In this document: positions 1-12,524 of the stretch, one piece after another
How positions within the stretch are numbered: the first letter of the stretch is position 1
Layout of the letters: every line of letters begins with the position of its first letter
Origin: Podarcis erhardii
Lineage: Eukaryota
DNA length: 64,000 nt
Strand: one strand, 5' to 3'
Assembly: GCA_964252035.1 (NCBI GenBank)
Contig: OZ176205.1
The notes under the pieces: generated by a model
What the model was told of the DNA's origin: nothing
The model's database searches: none
The model's input: the letters and a program-made list of their open reading frames with translations, nothing else
Position numbers and translations under genes: made by a program

Positions 1-1122
1 AGAACTATGCGTGGTATATAATGATATAATTATGTGTTTATTTAAAACACAACTGTACCACCCTTCATCAATAATACTGGGGTATTTTAACAGGATAATA
101 CTATTCCAATAAGAGCAATACAATAAAATAAAATACATTACAGTCCATAGTGGACCATCCAGATCATGCCCAGGCTCCATATTAACAGCCCACAAATAGG
201 CATTTATTGAAGAGTGAAGAGGTAGGTCTCTAGACAACATTGAAAGCCCATCAGAATTATTGCTTGTTTTATTTTGGGGAATGGGGAGGCACATACTTAG
301 AAGCTGGGCACAACGATGGAAAAAGCCTTCTTGATAGTCACAAGATTCAGTTCAGCAGACTGCAACACAAGTGGGAGGGCTTTATAAAAGTGCTTAGCAC
401 TCAGACAAGTCTATGATATCCAACTCCAAAGCTGTTTATATTTAATGTGCTTCTTGTGGATAGTAACCTAGACAAAGTTCATTAAAACTTTAAAATTGCC
501 CAGTTTGACTGATACTAGGTCCATTATTTTACTAATTAATTTCAGGAAGCAGAAGGTGTATTGTTAGAAGTGAAGAAATGTTCTGCTACATTTCATCCGG
601 GATAAACCTTCTAGCAACCTCTGTGGGTCGAAAAATATGTTTGTTCCAAATTAGCCCAGACTAGGTGCATGACAGAATCCTGTGTCAGTCACCTATTCCT
701 GCTTTTGAAATCTATCTGCAACTAATTTTAGATGGTGCAGGGAAATTGAAATGATGAATTTTCTACCTTTACCACTAGATGTCTCTTCCTCCAGAGATAA
801 AGGTATTGTGCTGCTGCCCAAATGATGCCCTAGTATGGTATACACATCTATTGTGCAGCTGTGTATGACCTTATTTTGTAATAGCGTCTCTTGATTATTA
901 TTTTTTTGCATGTAGTGACAGCCAGCAAACCACAATGGTAGTAGAGAAGGCTAATACCCATCAGATCTCTTGCTTCTTGTGGCTGCTTCATTTAATGGCA
1001 ATGTAGTATAATATGAAAATAAAATACCATTACAACTCACTTTCAGTTTCATCTTCAGTCAAGTAATTCACTGATTTTGTTGGTCTTGCATTTAATATTC
1101 TTCCAATTTTTTTCCTTTCTAG

Positions 1123-1256
1123 TGACTCCCCTTTGCCTGTTTCTTCCCGTGTGTGTTTTGTAAAGTTCCAAGAACCTGACTCCGCAGTTGTGGCTCAGCA
1201 TCTGACAAATACTGTATTCGTTGACAGAGCGTTGATAGTCGTACCATATGCAGAAG
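1123..1256 (+). CDS. SRSF11: SRSF11 coding exon (RRM C-terminal half, DSPLPVSSRVCFVKF...VVPYAE)
   Basis: tttcctttctag|TGACTCC...GCAGAAG|gtttgt; 134 nt. Confidence 0.95.
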
Positions 1257-4200
1257 GTTTGTGAATTGTTTAATGATCTTTGAAGCCATAGAATAATGGT
1301 ACTAAATCCTGATGTAGCTTAATAGCATGAAGTTTAGCACGTAAAACATTGAAGCTATTTACCTATTTAAAACCCTTGGTATACTGACACTGCTTGCTTT
1401 TATCCAAAAGTGAAACAATTAATTATTCAAGCAAAAGCTGGAACTTGCCTGTCAGTCTTTTTGCAAAGGCATTTAGAATATTGATATGTTTAAGCAGCAT
1501 TATTTGAATTTTTGTTTCATCAGGCCCCTTCAAGATAAGCAGTCTTTTAAAACTGATACATTTAAACAAGATAACTTGCATTAAGTAACTTGGCATGTGT
1601 TGCTGTATGATTCATTCTCATAGAGAGTGAGTGGAAATGTGCTGCCAGTTACAAGGCAAAGTTCTGTTTACCGTAGTTGACAACAATAATAAAAATAAAA
1701 ATACCCTCAGTACAAATTCTGGTACACCAAGGGTTTGATCTCAGTTAGACAGAAAATATATCCAAAGGTGCTAAATGAGCACTGGGTGTTAGATCTTATT
1801 CCGCATTTTCTTGTTCAGCCTTGCTATATTATCTAGAATTTCACTAAATAATAAACTCTTCTCTCTGTTATTTGTGTGTGTGATTTTTGTAGTGGAGAAG
1901 GCAAATGCAAAGGCCCTTCCAGATGACTGAAACAGTGGGGTCCTCTGCAGCTACAGGGGATTCTAGACATTAACTAAAGGCCAGCAAGCACTCAAGTCCC
2001 CAAGTGTTTTCCTGGTGTAATCACTTGTTAACAACATTTTTTTTCTCTTCTTTTTCTTACATTTTTAGGGTGTTACAGTAATTTGAAAACAATGAGCAGG
2101 GTTTGGGAACATAATTCAATAATTCAGTACCAAGAAGACTGCTCTTCTAACGAGTTCTATTAAACTTCTGTAGATTTCATCACAACTATTTCAAAGGCAC
2201 CATTAATTGATAAACTAGTTAAATCGCTTGATTACAGTAAAATATGTGTAGTCTTGCACTTAATTCCTGCACTCACAGGCAGCTGGATCTCATGGAGGTC
2301 AGTGGGATTTAAGCAGCCTAACTATGCAAGATTGTAGTGCAAGTCTTACCATTACCTGTTTTTATAAAAATATGTTTACACATTAACAAGGCAGAGGAAT
2401 ATGCAGTGTGCAGACCTGGCAAAGACCTAGTTGTAGGATATTCCTCACTGAAGCTATAAGTAGTGTAAACAACTTTTAATCCTGATCAGTTTTAAATTTC
2501 AGAGTAGAATATTTTTAGAATGTAATTGCTTCAGCTTTAGTTTGGACAAAATAACAATTGAGATATAATTGTTCTTGCATGAACATCTACATATCAGGGC
2601 CAAACTAGATATGACAGTCTTTGCATTTAAACATAGACTTTCCCCAGTCACATAGAAAGAGCAGTTTGGAAGTTGATCTAGAACAGTTAAAGAACTGAAG
2701 TGCACAGAATCCTTCCTGTGCCTGCAGCTTAACTTCCTTGCAATCTGTCCCTCTGTGTTTTTATCCTTATCTGAGCTCTGATGCTGAAAATATGCTCAAT
2801 GTTTGCAGAAAGGGGCTGTGGGGAGGTAAGAGCAGGTTGGGGTAGGTTTCAGGGGCTCTCGCAGTTTTGCTTTTATTATTAAAAATGGACCCGGACACCC
2901 TTTTTATGTGATTGGGGGAGGACTGCTGCACTCATATCTAGTTTGGCTCTAATAGCAGCAGTCCTGCCCTGTCAGTTTCGTTAAGACCTAATTTGGCTCT
3001 TACAGAATCACCATGTTTTAAGAGTTTAATATTTTTATCTTTGAAAATAAATGTTCATTGTGCTAGAAAGATAAATCTGGCACTAGGAAATCAGCCAAAT
3101 ATATCACTTGAGAATTTCCTGAAATTTGTTTAATGCAGCTTAAGTAGCTATTATTGTCAGGGCCTCAATTTGGTGGTGTAGGATATGTGTACAGCTGTGT
3201 AGTTTGTGTGAGAACTATAATTGTGGACACAGTACTGTATAAGAATACTAGGGGTTTTTTTCTGTGAACTTGAACTACTTTGTTCTTGCAATTCTTCTAT
3301 GTCTATGGAATCAAACAAACTACTCATCAGTGGTTCATATTGCAAGAACCCCATTTCTGCTAGGTACTTAAGCATCATTCAGTGAAGTATTTCAAATTGA
3401 GTGGGGTTGTTCATATGCATTGAACCACATGCTTAAGTACTCTGCTGAATTTAGATCTTGATTTTTAACTAGTGGTGATGGGTTTAACATTACCTAACTG
3501 GAAGTATTAAAATACTGCACTGTGCTAATCACAGCTCCCTGTATCACTTACATTCCTGTTCTTTGTGTGTTCATATATCTTGGTGTTGGCTATTGCTTTG
3601 TGTTCTAGTCTTACACAAAGTTCACGGTAAGGCATAGTACTATAAACTTCACTATGAAATTCAAGGATTTGGAAGGAACTCAGGTATTAACAGTGCCTTT
3701 GGGTGGGGTTGTGTAGGTTCTTTGGTTAATGTTTGTTTATTTTGTCTGTTTCTTTTTCTTCATTTCTACACATTCATGCAGTATTTCATGGTTCTAACAA
3801 AGCAGCAGTATAAAACACTTGACGCATGAAAATTAACTGGTGAGGGGCCTCATTGCTTTTTTAAAAATTGTAGTTTTATTTCTGAATAACTTTTTTCCTA
3901 AAAATGAGAGGATCAGATGCATGACTACTTAATGGATGCAGATCTTCTATGAGGTGTCTCAGGATAAGAGAATTTTTAGTTAGATGCCAGAAATGTTATA
4001 GTTGCACTATTTGTGTGTAAACATAAATAATATCCTCTGAGACATAATTTTGCATGCAAAATTATCCCATAATCTCTATAGATAATGTTTATATTGATGC
4101 ATTAATGCCCTGTATCTAAATGACCTTCCCCCCTTTTCCCACCATAACTTTTGGTATTGAAATTATGACAGCTCAGTGACAGAAGAAAGATAACAGTNNN

Positions 4201-7200
4201 NNNNNNNNNNNNNNNNNNNNNNNNNNNNNNNNNNNNNNNNNNNNNNNNNNNNNNNNNNNNNNNNNNNNNNNNNNNNNNNNNNNNNNNNNNNNNNNNNNNN
4301 NNNNNNNNNNNNNNNNNNNNNNNNNNNNNNNNNNNNNNNNNNNNNNNNNNNNNNNNNNNNNNNNNNNNNNNNNNNNNNNNNNNNNNNNNNNNNNNNNNNN
4401 NNNNNNNNNNNNNNNNNNNNNNNNNNNNNNNNNNNNNNNNNNNNNNNNNTGTATTTCAGAAACGCTACTGGTATTTGCAAATATATAGTACAGTTGTCTT
4501 ATTGAACTCTCATATTGGGGGCTTGGGCACATTAACAGATTAAGCCATACGTATAGGGCTTTTGCTGTTGGATAAAATTACAACGATCAACATTACTCTT
4601 TGTCCCACATTGGACCTCATTAGTAAGGTTATTCTCTATTCAGGTTAGGCAGTAAAACTAGTCCCTTGCAGGCTACAAGGCTGCAGAGCAGAAATTTCTT
4701 CTGAAATGGCAATATGCAGCAGCATTCTTGGTATAGTAAGCATGACAAACAGTGGAGCATGTACTTTACTTCACAGGTAAGGAATGTGCCACATTTTAGG
4801 CATTTACATAAACACATACACATGGACACATATGCAGAACCTTTATTTGAAGCTCTGTGGAGACCTTCATATCCATGTGACATGTCAGCAAAAGCCCTAC
4901 ATTTTTTCTTACCTTCGCTTAAGATTTACAAAATTGTATGGTAGGTGTAAANNNNNNNNNNNNNNNNNNNNNNNNNNNNNNNNNNNNNNNNNNNNNNNNN
5001 NNNNNNNNNNNNNNNNNNNNNNNNNNNNNNNNNNNNNNNNNNNNNNNNNNNNNNNNNNNNNNNNNNNNNNNNNNNNNNNNNNNNNNNNNNNNNNNNNNNN
5101 NNNNNNNNNNNNNNNNNNNNNNNNNNNNNNNNNNNNNNNNNNNNNNNNNNNNNNNNNNNNNNNNNNNNNNNNNNNNNNNNNNNNNNNNNNNNNNNNNNNN
5201 NNNNNNNNNNNNNNNNNNNNNNNNNNNCCTTTTGTAGAGAAAAAGGAACAGTCAAATTTTCACACATTGAAGTTTCATTCTGGCATACAAATTAATGATA
5301 AATTATTAAGAGATCAAACATTGTATTATAGCCAACATAAGTACTTGCAGCAAACTCAGGTGGTGTTTCAGGGAGACATTTTCTGGGTGTATTTGTGTGT
5401 GTGGTTTTTTAAAAAATCAGTGGTGAGTGTCTTCTAATGCAAAGCTGTCTCTCTGCAGGAGTTATTCCTGATGAGACTAAGGCTTTGTCTCTCCTGGCAC
5501 CAGCTAACGCTGTGGCAGGTCTTCTGCCGGGGGGTGGACTCCTGCCTACACCCAACCCACTTTCTCAGGTAAGTATACATCTTAGGAGATGTATACTAGA
5601 ATGTACAACTGCATATATCTGTATTTTCTGAGATAACACCCATTGCACCAAAACAAATAGAAAAAATGTATAACAGGATTGTGGCAGGTAAGAATCCAGA
5701 TAACCATGCCTCTCGCTTTAAAGAACTCTCTGGTTTGAAACTTGATTCATGGTTATGCTTTGAAAGATGTCCCATTTATTCATTAAAATATAAAGTGGGA
5801 AGACATTCCAGGGGTGGGGAGACAAGCAGTTTTTGTAGTTGCAGAAGTGACTTTTGCAGTCTTCTGGGGTGTCCCCACTTCCAGTATAACAGTGCTTCTT
5901 CATGAGCAGTTAGTTGAGAGGATTAGCTGGCTGCATAACAACTGCATCAGCTTATAGGTTGAAGAAAGACAGTTTTCAGGCAGGCAACAAGAACTGTCAC
6001 ACTAACACACAGTGTGATACTGGTAATGCTATTCTTATTTCTCACACAGCCTCCACAATACTTTCCCTGGACAAGGACTGTACTGTGGAGGCTGGAGTTA
6101 ATGAAAAAAGCTCTCTAGCTTCAGAAGTCCCAGAAAAGGAGTATTCTAAAAGCTAACTGTAGAGATTTTCATCAAAGCTATACAGAAGAAACCTCTGCTG
6201 TAGGTTTCAGAAAACTGCTTTCTTGGGGCTTCCAAAGGTCAATCTAGTCCTGCCCATGTTTTCTTGGATAAAACCCCTAAAATAGGTCTGTATTCAATAA
6301 GTTTAGCAGCTCTAGATCCTGTCCATAATGGGATCTTGTTAAAAGTGTACAAGTAGTTTTAGTAGCAAGGCCGGCATTGAGCATAGGCTTGACCCTGTGC
6401 CATATGGTAGTACGTCTGTTGTAGACTAGAATGCCACAGAACCCAGCAACTTAACCACAGCTGCCTCTTAAACTTATTTTAAACTTGTTAGCATGCTGTT
6501 GGTTAGACATCCATGAACTAGGACTGTCACCTGATTAAGTGATTAAACTTACTTTAATTGTACAAGTTGCTGTTAGCTAATCAATTGATTAAATCTGCAC
6601 CTGCATAGATCAGTAGTTCTTAAGAAGCAGAGCATGTTTTATGGATCACGTTACTTGGAAGTAAGTCCCAATGATACAATTAGTCTGCTTGGAAGTGCAC
6701 ATTGTGACTCCTTGCCTTGGTGGCAGGGTGGTTTACTCGTCCTCTTTCCTTTAAAGACAACAATTTCAACAAGTGAGGTGAAGGCTAGAAGTTGCACCAG
6801 TGCACAAGAGTTATGTGTCACATGCATGCATCTTTCCTTCTATCACCTGCGGATTGGAGAGGAGGGAAATGTCAGAACATTAATTTCTAAAGTCAATCAG
6901 GGACTTAACTAATTTGAAAATCTTAAATTGATCAATTGGGTTAATTAATCGAACTTTGCATTCCTAACTAGGACACACATGCTAGATAACAGGGAGTGAT
7001 AGTATATATGCTTTGCAGAAAGCTCAGATTCAACCCCCAGAATCACTATTCAGGTAGCAGATAACAGGAAATACTTTTTCATATGCTGGAGAGCTGCTAT
7101 GATTTAGCGTAGAAAATGCTAGGTTAGAATTATAGTAGTCTTACCCCTGTATAAGTCAGCTTCCTATGTCGCTTCGTATTAATGTGCTGCAAGTCATTTT

Positions 7201-10200
7201 ACATCAGTACTTGATCATTATGCAGAACAGTTCAAAACTATTCCTTGCCTTGTGCAGATGGTGGAAACTGTTTTCCTGATTTTACATTCTGGTATAATAT
7301 GCTGTCTACTTCTATTGATTCTCTTTATTATAGATTGGTGCTGTTCCCTTGGCTGCTTTAGGAGCTCCAACTCTTGACCCAGCCCTGGCTGCTCTAGGGC
7401 TTCCTGGAGCAAATTTAAACTCGCAGGTATATTGCTTGTGTTACATTCACATACACTTAAGTTTATTTTTAATTTGTGAATTTAACAAGGGGGGGGGAGG
7501 AAAAAATAAAAAATTATAAGCATAATTTTTTGAAAATGAAAAATATTATTAATGTATACCATCATCAGTGCACCTTAAGGGTACGGTAGCCATCAGTACA
7601 GCCATCTTGTTTCAGTAATCCAAATAGGTACCCACACAAAATTGGTGTCTGTAAGACATATGTTCAGATATAGCCAGGGCAACGAGGTCCTCAGACCATT
7701 GCATGCAGATAGCAGGTGTTTATCCTTTAAGGATAAACACCTGCAATATAAGTCTTTCAGCAACTAAGGGCTCACAGTATTCATTTTTTGGTTGTGCCTT
7801 TAATTTCTGTACTGTGGGAATATAATTTCAAAGTACATGAGCATCTGCAAATATAACATATTTTGCCACTACAAACTTGATATGGACAGCAACTTCAGAC
7901 CACTGGAGAAGTTCATACCATATGTCTCAATGAGGTATTTTCAGCATTACACCTCCATCCAGCATTATCTGTAATAGGCAGTGCCTTCCTTTACAGATGT
8001 TGTAGAGTGCAGCATACCTGGAATATTAATTTTTGCTGTATCAATCTCAATTTCAAATCTAAAGAAACATTCCATATTGATTTTGAAGCATTTTTTATTT
8101 GTTTAGGCTCTACTATATATGGTTTTGGACACTATATACTGCTTTGATCTAGAATTTAATGAAACTGATACTTAACCAAGAACATTCAGCAATGAGTTAA
8201 ATATGATTTTACATCAAGCATTACACCTCCAGTATAAAAATTACAATAATTAGTCTTTCTATTATTTCTATAGATTTGTAGCTATCTCCTCAAGCCCCAT
8301 TTGTTTAGAGACTCCATGGAATTTACATTTGTTTAGTCCTGCAGGCTTCAAACTGTGTTTTTTAACATCATGAAAATGCAAGATTTGAGATACAGTGTCA
8401 TTGATACCCAACACTCTTCCTCCATTTCATATAATTCAGATGAAGCAGTTGATTTGTTAAATCTTTATCTCAGCCCAGTAATGGATCAGGGCCTATAAAG
8501 CTCAATCCGGACAAAACATTTGGTGGAACTTTGGTCTTTATCATTACTCATGTTCATATGACCCATTTGATATATAAAACACAGGGTAGCACTACCCACT
8601 GGCAGAGCTTCTTGTTGTATTTATTTTATTTTGCTTTAAAAGTTTTATTTGATTGGGATTTTCTTAAATAAATGAAATGGATTGTATGTTTAAAATTGTA
8701 CAGTCATACCTCAGGTTACGAACACTGCGGGTAGCGCATTTTCAGGTTGCAGACTGCGCCAAACCCGGAAGTACCGGAACAGGTTACTTCTGGGTTTCAA
8801 TGCATGTACAGAAGCGTCGAATTGTGTCACATGCGTGTGTAGATGCAGCGCTGCGGGTTGCGAACGTGCCTACTGCACGGATCGCGTTCACAACCCAAGG
8901 TATGACTGTATTCATGTGGCCTGTCCTCAAAGCCAAAGTTTTGCAAGAGTTAGTTATTGTTACTTCATCAGCATATTCTGTATTATGAACTCTTACTCAT
9001 TCTCTTTAGGGGTTCTCTCTACTCAAACAGGGCATCACGCAGGCAAGCTCTATATTTATATCTATGGTCAATTGACCCCCACTATCCTATTTCCTAGTGT
9101 GGCTAGATTTGATTAGATTTGCTTACCTTTAAAAATTTTGCAGATGAAAATTAGAGTCGCATACCTATCTATTATAAGGGTTATGTAGAAAACTTGTAAT
9201 CCGGAGCAAAATTTCTAAAGTGTGAGTCTCAATAAACTCAGTGCAACTGACTTCACAGTAAACAGATTAGGATTATGTTGCACTGGCTAACTTTAAAAGC
9301 CCATAGTTATCCACCATTGGAGTTCACACTTGGGGGTAACACAACTTCTAAGCAACTATCCATCTTGGAGACTAGCTATATAAGAACTTTTGACCCGTAG
9401 TCAAGCTTAATATATAATTTAGCTTGTAAAATAAAACTATAGGCACAATTGAGAATTAAATGTGCATTGCAACTTTAAAATCAAACATTACTGACAAGAA
9501 CCACATCTGTCAATTAGATTAAAGTACCATTAATGTTTAGAAAACAGTTGCTACAAACACAGCACAAGTTTAGCTTCGCTCTTTTCACTCAACAGCTTAA
9601 CTGTTAAACCCTTGGCATTTTAAACAAACAGTAAAATAAAGACCAGTTCTTCAGCAAACTGGACGCTCTCAATCAATGCAGTTGAGAATTAAGTGCTGAC
9701 ATTAACCACTACAGGTCAGAAAGAAAATTGCTGTTCTATGCCTGGAACACTGTGACCCTATCAGAGAACATTAGGTGACTACTTCCATGAGACAGAGAAT
9801 TTTCTTTTGCATATTCGCTTCTTTAATCTGCAAATGTCTGCTCACTTGGGTTAGATTTAGGGGCTGTTTGGTTATTCTTTCCTTCCCTTCTGCAAATTTT
9901 CGACTTCTTTCAGTGTTAAAAGCAATTTTTGATTAATTTTCTTTACAGTCTCTTGCAGCAGATCAACTACTAAAGCTTATGAGCACAGTGGATCCAAAGT
10001 AAGTTTCAATTTTGATGTTTAAACTATCATATTATAAAATAAATTTATAGGACACTTCATAAGCTTAAAGCCATTGAAGCAGTGTAAAAGATAAAAAGAG
10101 AGTATAACACCTGGAGAATGGCAGTGCATGCACATCATGATAAACCATAGTTAATGGTTTACTGCGTACATACGATTTTCCCTCTGCTTCTCTCACAGTC

Positions 10201-12469
10201 TGAATGGGAGCAGCAAACCATAATCCCTGGTTTAGCATTACATCCAAATAAAGGATCATGGTTTATTTGGGTGAAGCAAACCATGATTCTCAGTTCAGAT
10301 GTAGCACTAAGCCAGGGATCATGCTTTGCTGTTCCATTCACACTACAGGAGAGAGGAGCAAATTGGGAGCTATCTTGGCATTCATGATAAGCCATCAACT
10401 ATGGGGCAGTGTGATCCATGCTCATAGGAAACGGAGGTCAGTTTGTGGAGAGCCTCTAGAGTATTTTTATTGTGGAAACCAACATCTTTTATTACAGAGG
10501 AAGCAACATTTTTTAATGCTGTTGTGGATCCAAGGCCTATTACGTTGCCAGTTCTTAACTTGTCTTTTTGCTTTTAATGGTTATATTGAAGTTTTGATTT
10601 TGTATTTTTGGTCAATTGAGTTGAATATATGTACTAGCTACCTATTCATCCAGTTTTGGATAAACAGATGGGGAGCAGGACCACTCTATTGGTTCTACTA
10701 AGATGCTTCTCTTCCTTTGGTTTTTTCTCTCCCGCCACGATTTTAATCCCAACTGCATACAAACTTTGAAACTTTTAAAATTAGTGCCCATGTCTGATTG
10801 AGCCATCAATCAAATGTTTTCTTACCATCACTTTTTCCTTTTGTGTTGTGTCTGTTATGAGTCTATGGGTGGGGACTCCTGTTTTATTAATCATCTGTCA
10901 GTTCCTTTGTTACCATTTTCAAAAAAAGAGGGGAGTAAAAATAAATGTTATATTTTTGGTTTCTAGGCTGAACCATGTAGCTGCAGGTCTCGTTTCACCA
11001 AGTCTGAAAACAGATACCTCCAGTAAAGAAATAGAAGAAGCCATGAAACGAGTACGAGAAGCACAATCCCTGATTTCTGCTGCTATAGAGCCAGGTAAAC
11101 TGATCTTGACTGTCTTTCTTGTATTACAAAAACTACTTGTTGTTAGAATGCCAATGACATCAAATTCTGCAGGATGGTAAAAATGGGGGCATGGGATTGA
11201 GAAGAGCTCCAAGAGATCTGTCCAATATCAATGAATGGGCAATGAATTGTCAAATGCTGTTCAGTGGAAGAAAGTATAAAGTGAGGCGAATTGGTGCTAT
11301 CTTTGTCCATATGCTGATGGGTTCTGAACTGGCAATGGCTGACCTGAAAAGATATTATGTAGTTGTTGTGAATAGCTCCATGAAAAAGATCAACTCAGCA
11401 TGCAACAGTTGTGAAAGGCAAATTTTGTGTTACAAATAGTTTAGAAAAAGAGACCATAATGATTTCATACACCTGTGGTGTCACCACACTTGGAAGACTG
11501 TGCAGCCCTAATCTCAAAAAAGGATATCATAGAGCAGAAAAACATGATGCCCATCAAAATGGGCAGTTCTTCTACAAAGAAATATGATGTATGGAGCTAT
11601 CTGGTTTATCAAAAACGATGAATAAGGAAGAATGTGATAGAGGTGTATAACATTTATGCGTGAAGTAGAGTTTTCTTCATTGTGGGGTCATCCAGCAAAA
11701 CTGAATGCTGGGTGATTCAGGACTGACAAAAGGCGGTACTTCACACTGGTGATGGCTAGCTACTAACTTACAGGGCTTTGAAAGGCAAATAGATAAATTC
11801 ATGGAGGATAAGGATATCAGTGGCTACTTGTCATGATGGATGTATACTACTTCCTAGATCGGCAGCAGTATGCTCCTGAAAATACCACTTGCTAAGTAAC
11901 AACACCAGGAAGCCTTTTGTTCACATGCCCTGCTTATGGGCCCCTCATAGGAAGCAAATAGACTTCTGCAGATGATCGGATGCTGCGCTAAATAAACCTT
12001 TGATGTGATCCAGCAGGGCAGCTCTTAAGATCTCAGCGTTGAACAAAACTTTGGCCTGCTCGTAGATTTTAGGCACTTTGGCTTTTTAAAAAATCTTTTG
12101 GAAGTTCCTCATCTCTTAATGAATGTAAACTTGCAATTTCATAGAATGGTTGTGTTAAAGAATTCAGATGTAGGAATTGATGGTTTTTCTCTCTTGAGTA
12201 AAAAAAAACCTCATTCACTTTCAGCTTTTTGTACAGAGTGCCCCCGAAGGTGGGCAGCCAAACATAGATGTCATATGATAATGAAAGGATTCCAACTTTT
12301 TAATATTTTTATTCCAGATAAAAAAGATGACAAGAGAAGGCATTCAAGATCCAGATCACGTTCAAGGAGGAGGAGAACTCCATCTTCTTCTAGACACAGG
12401 TAAAATTTAGTGAGGTGGGTTCATTGACAGTCCAAAATCAAAGTGCTTTAGGATATTTCTCTTGTTATG

Positions 12470-12524
<55 letters not shown>

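Noticed and set aside
4163-5437. ORFs containing long X runs
   Set aside because: Artefacts of the two N-gaps
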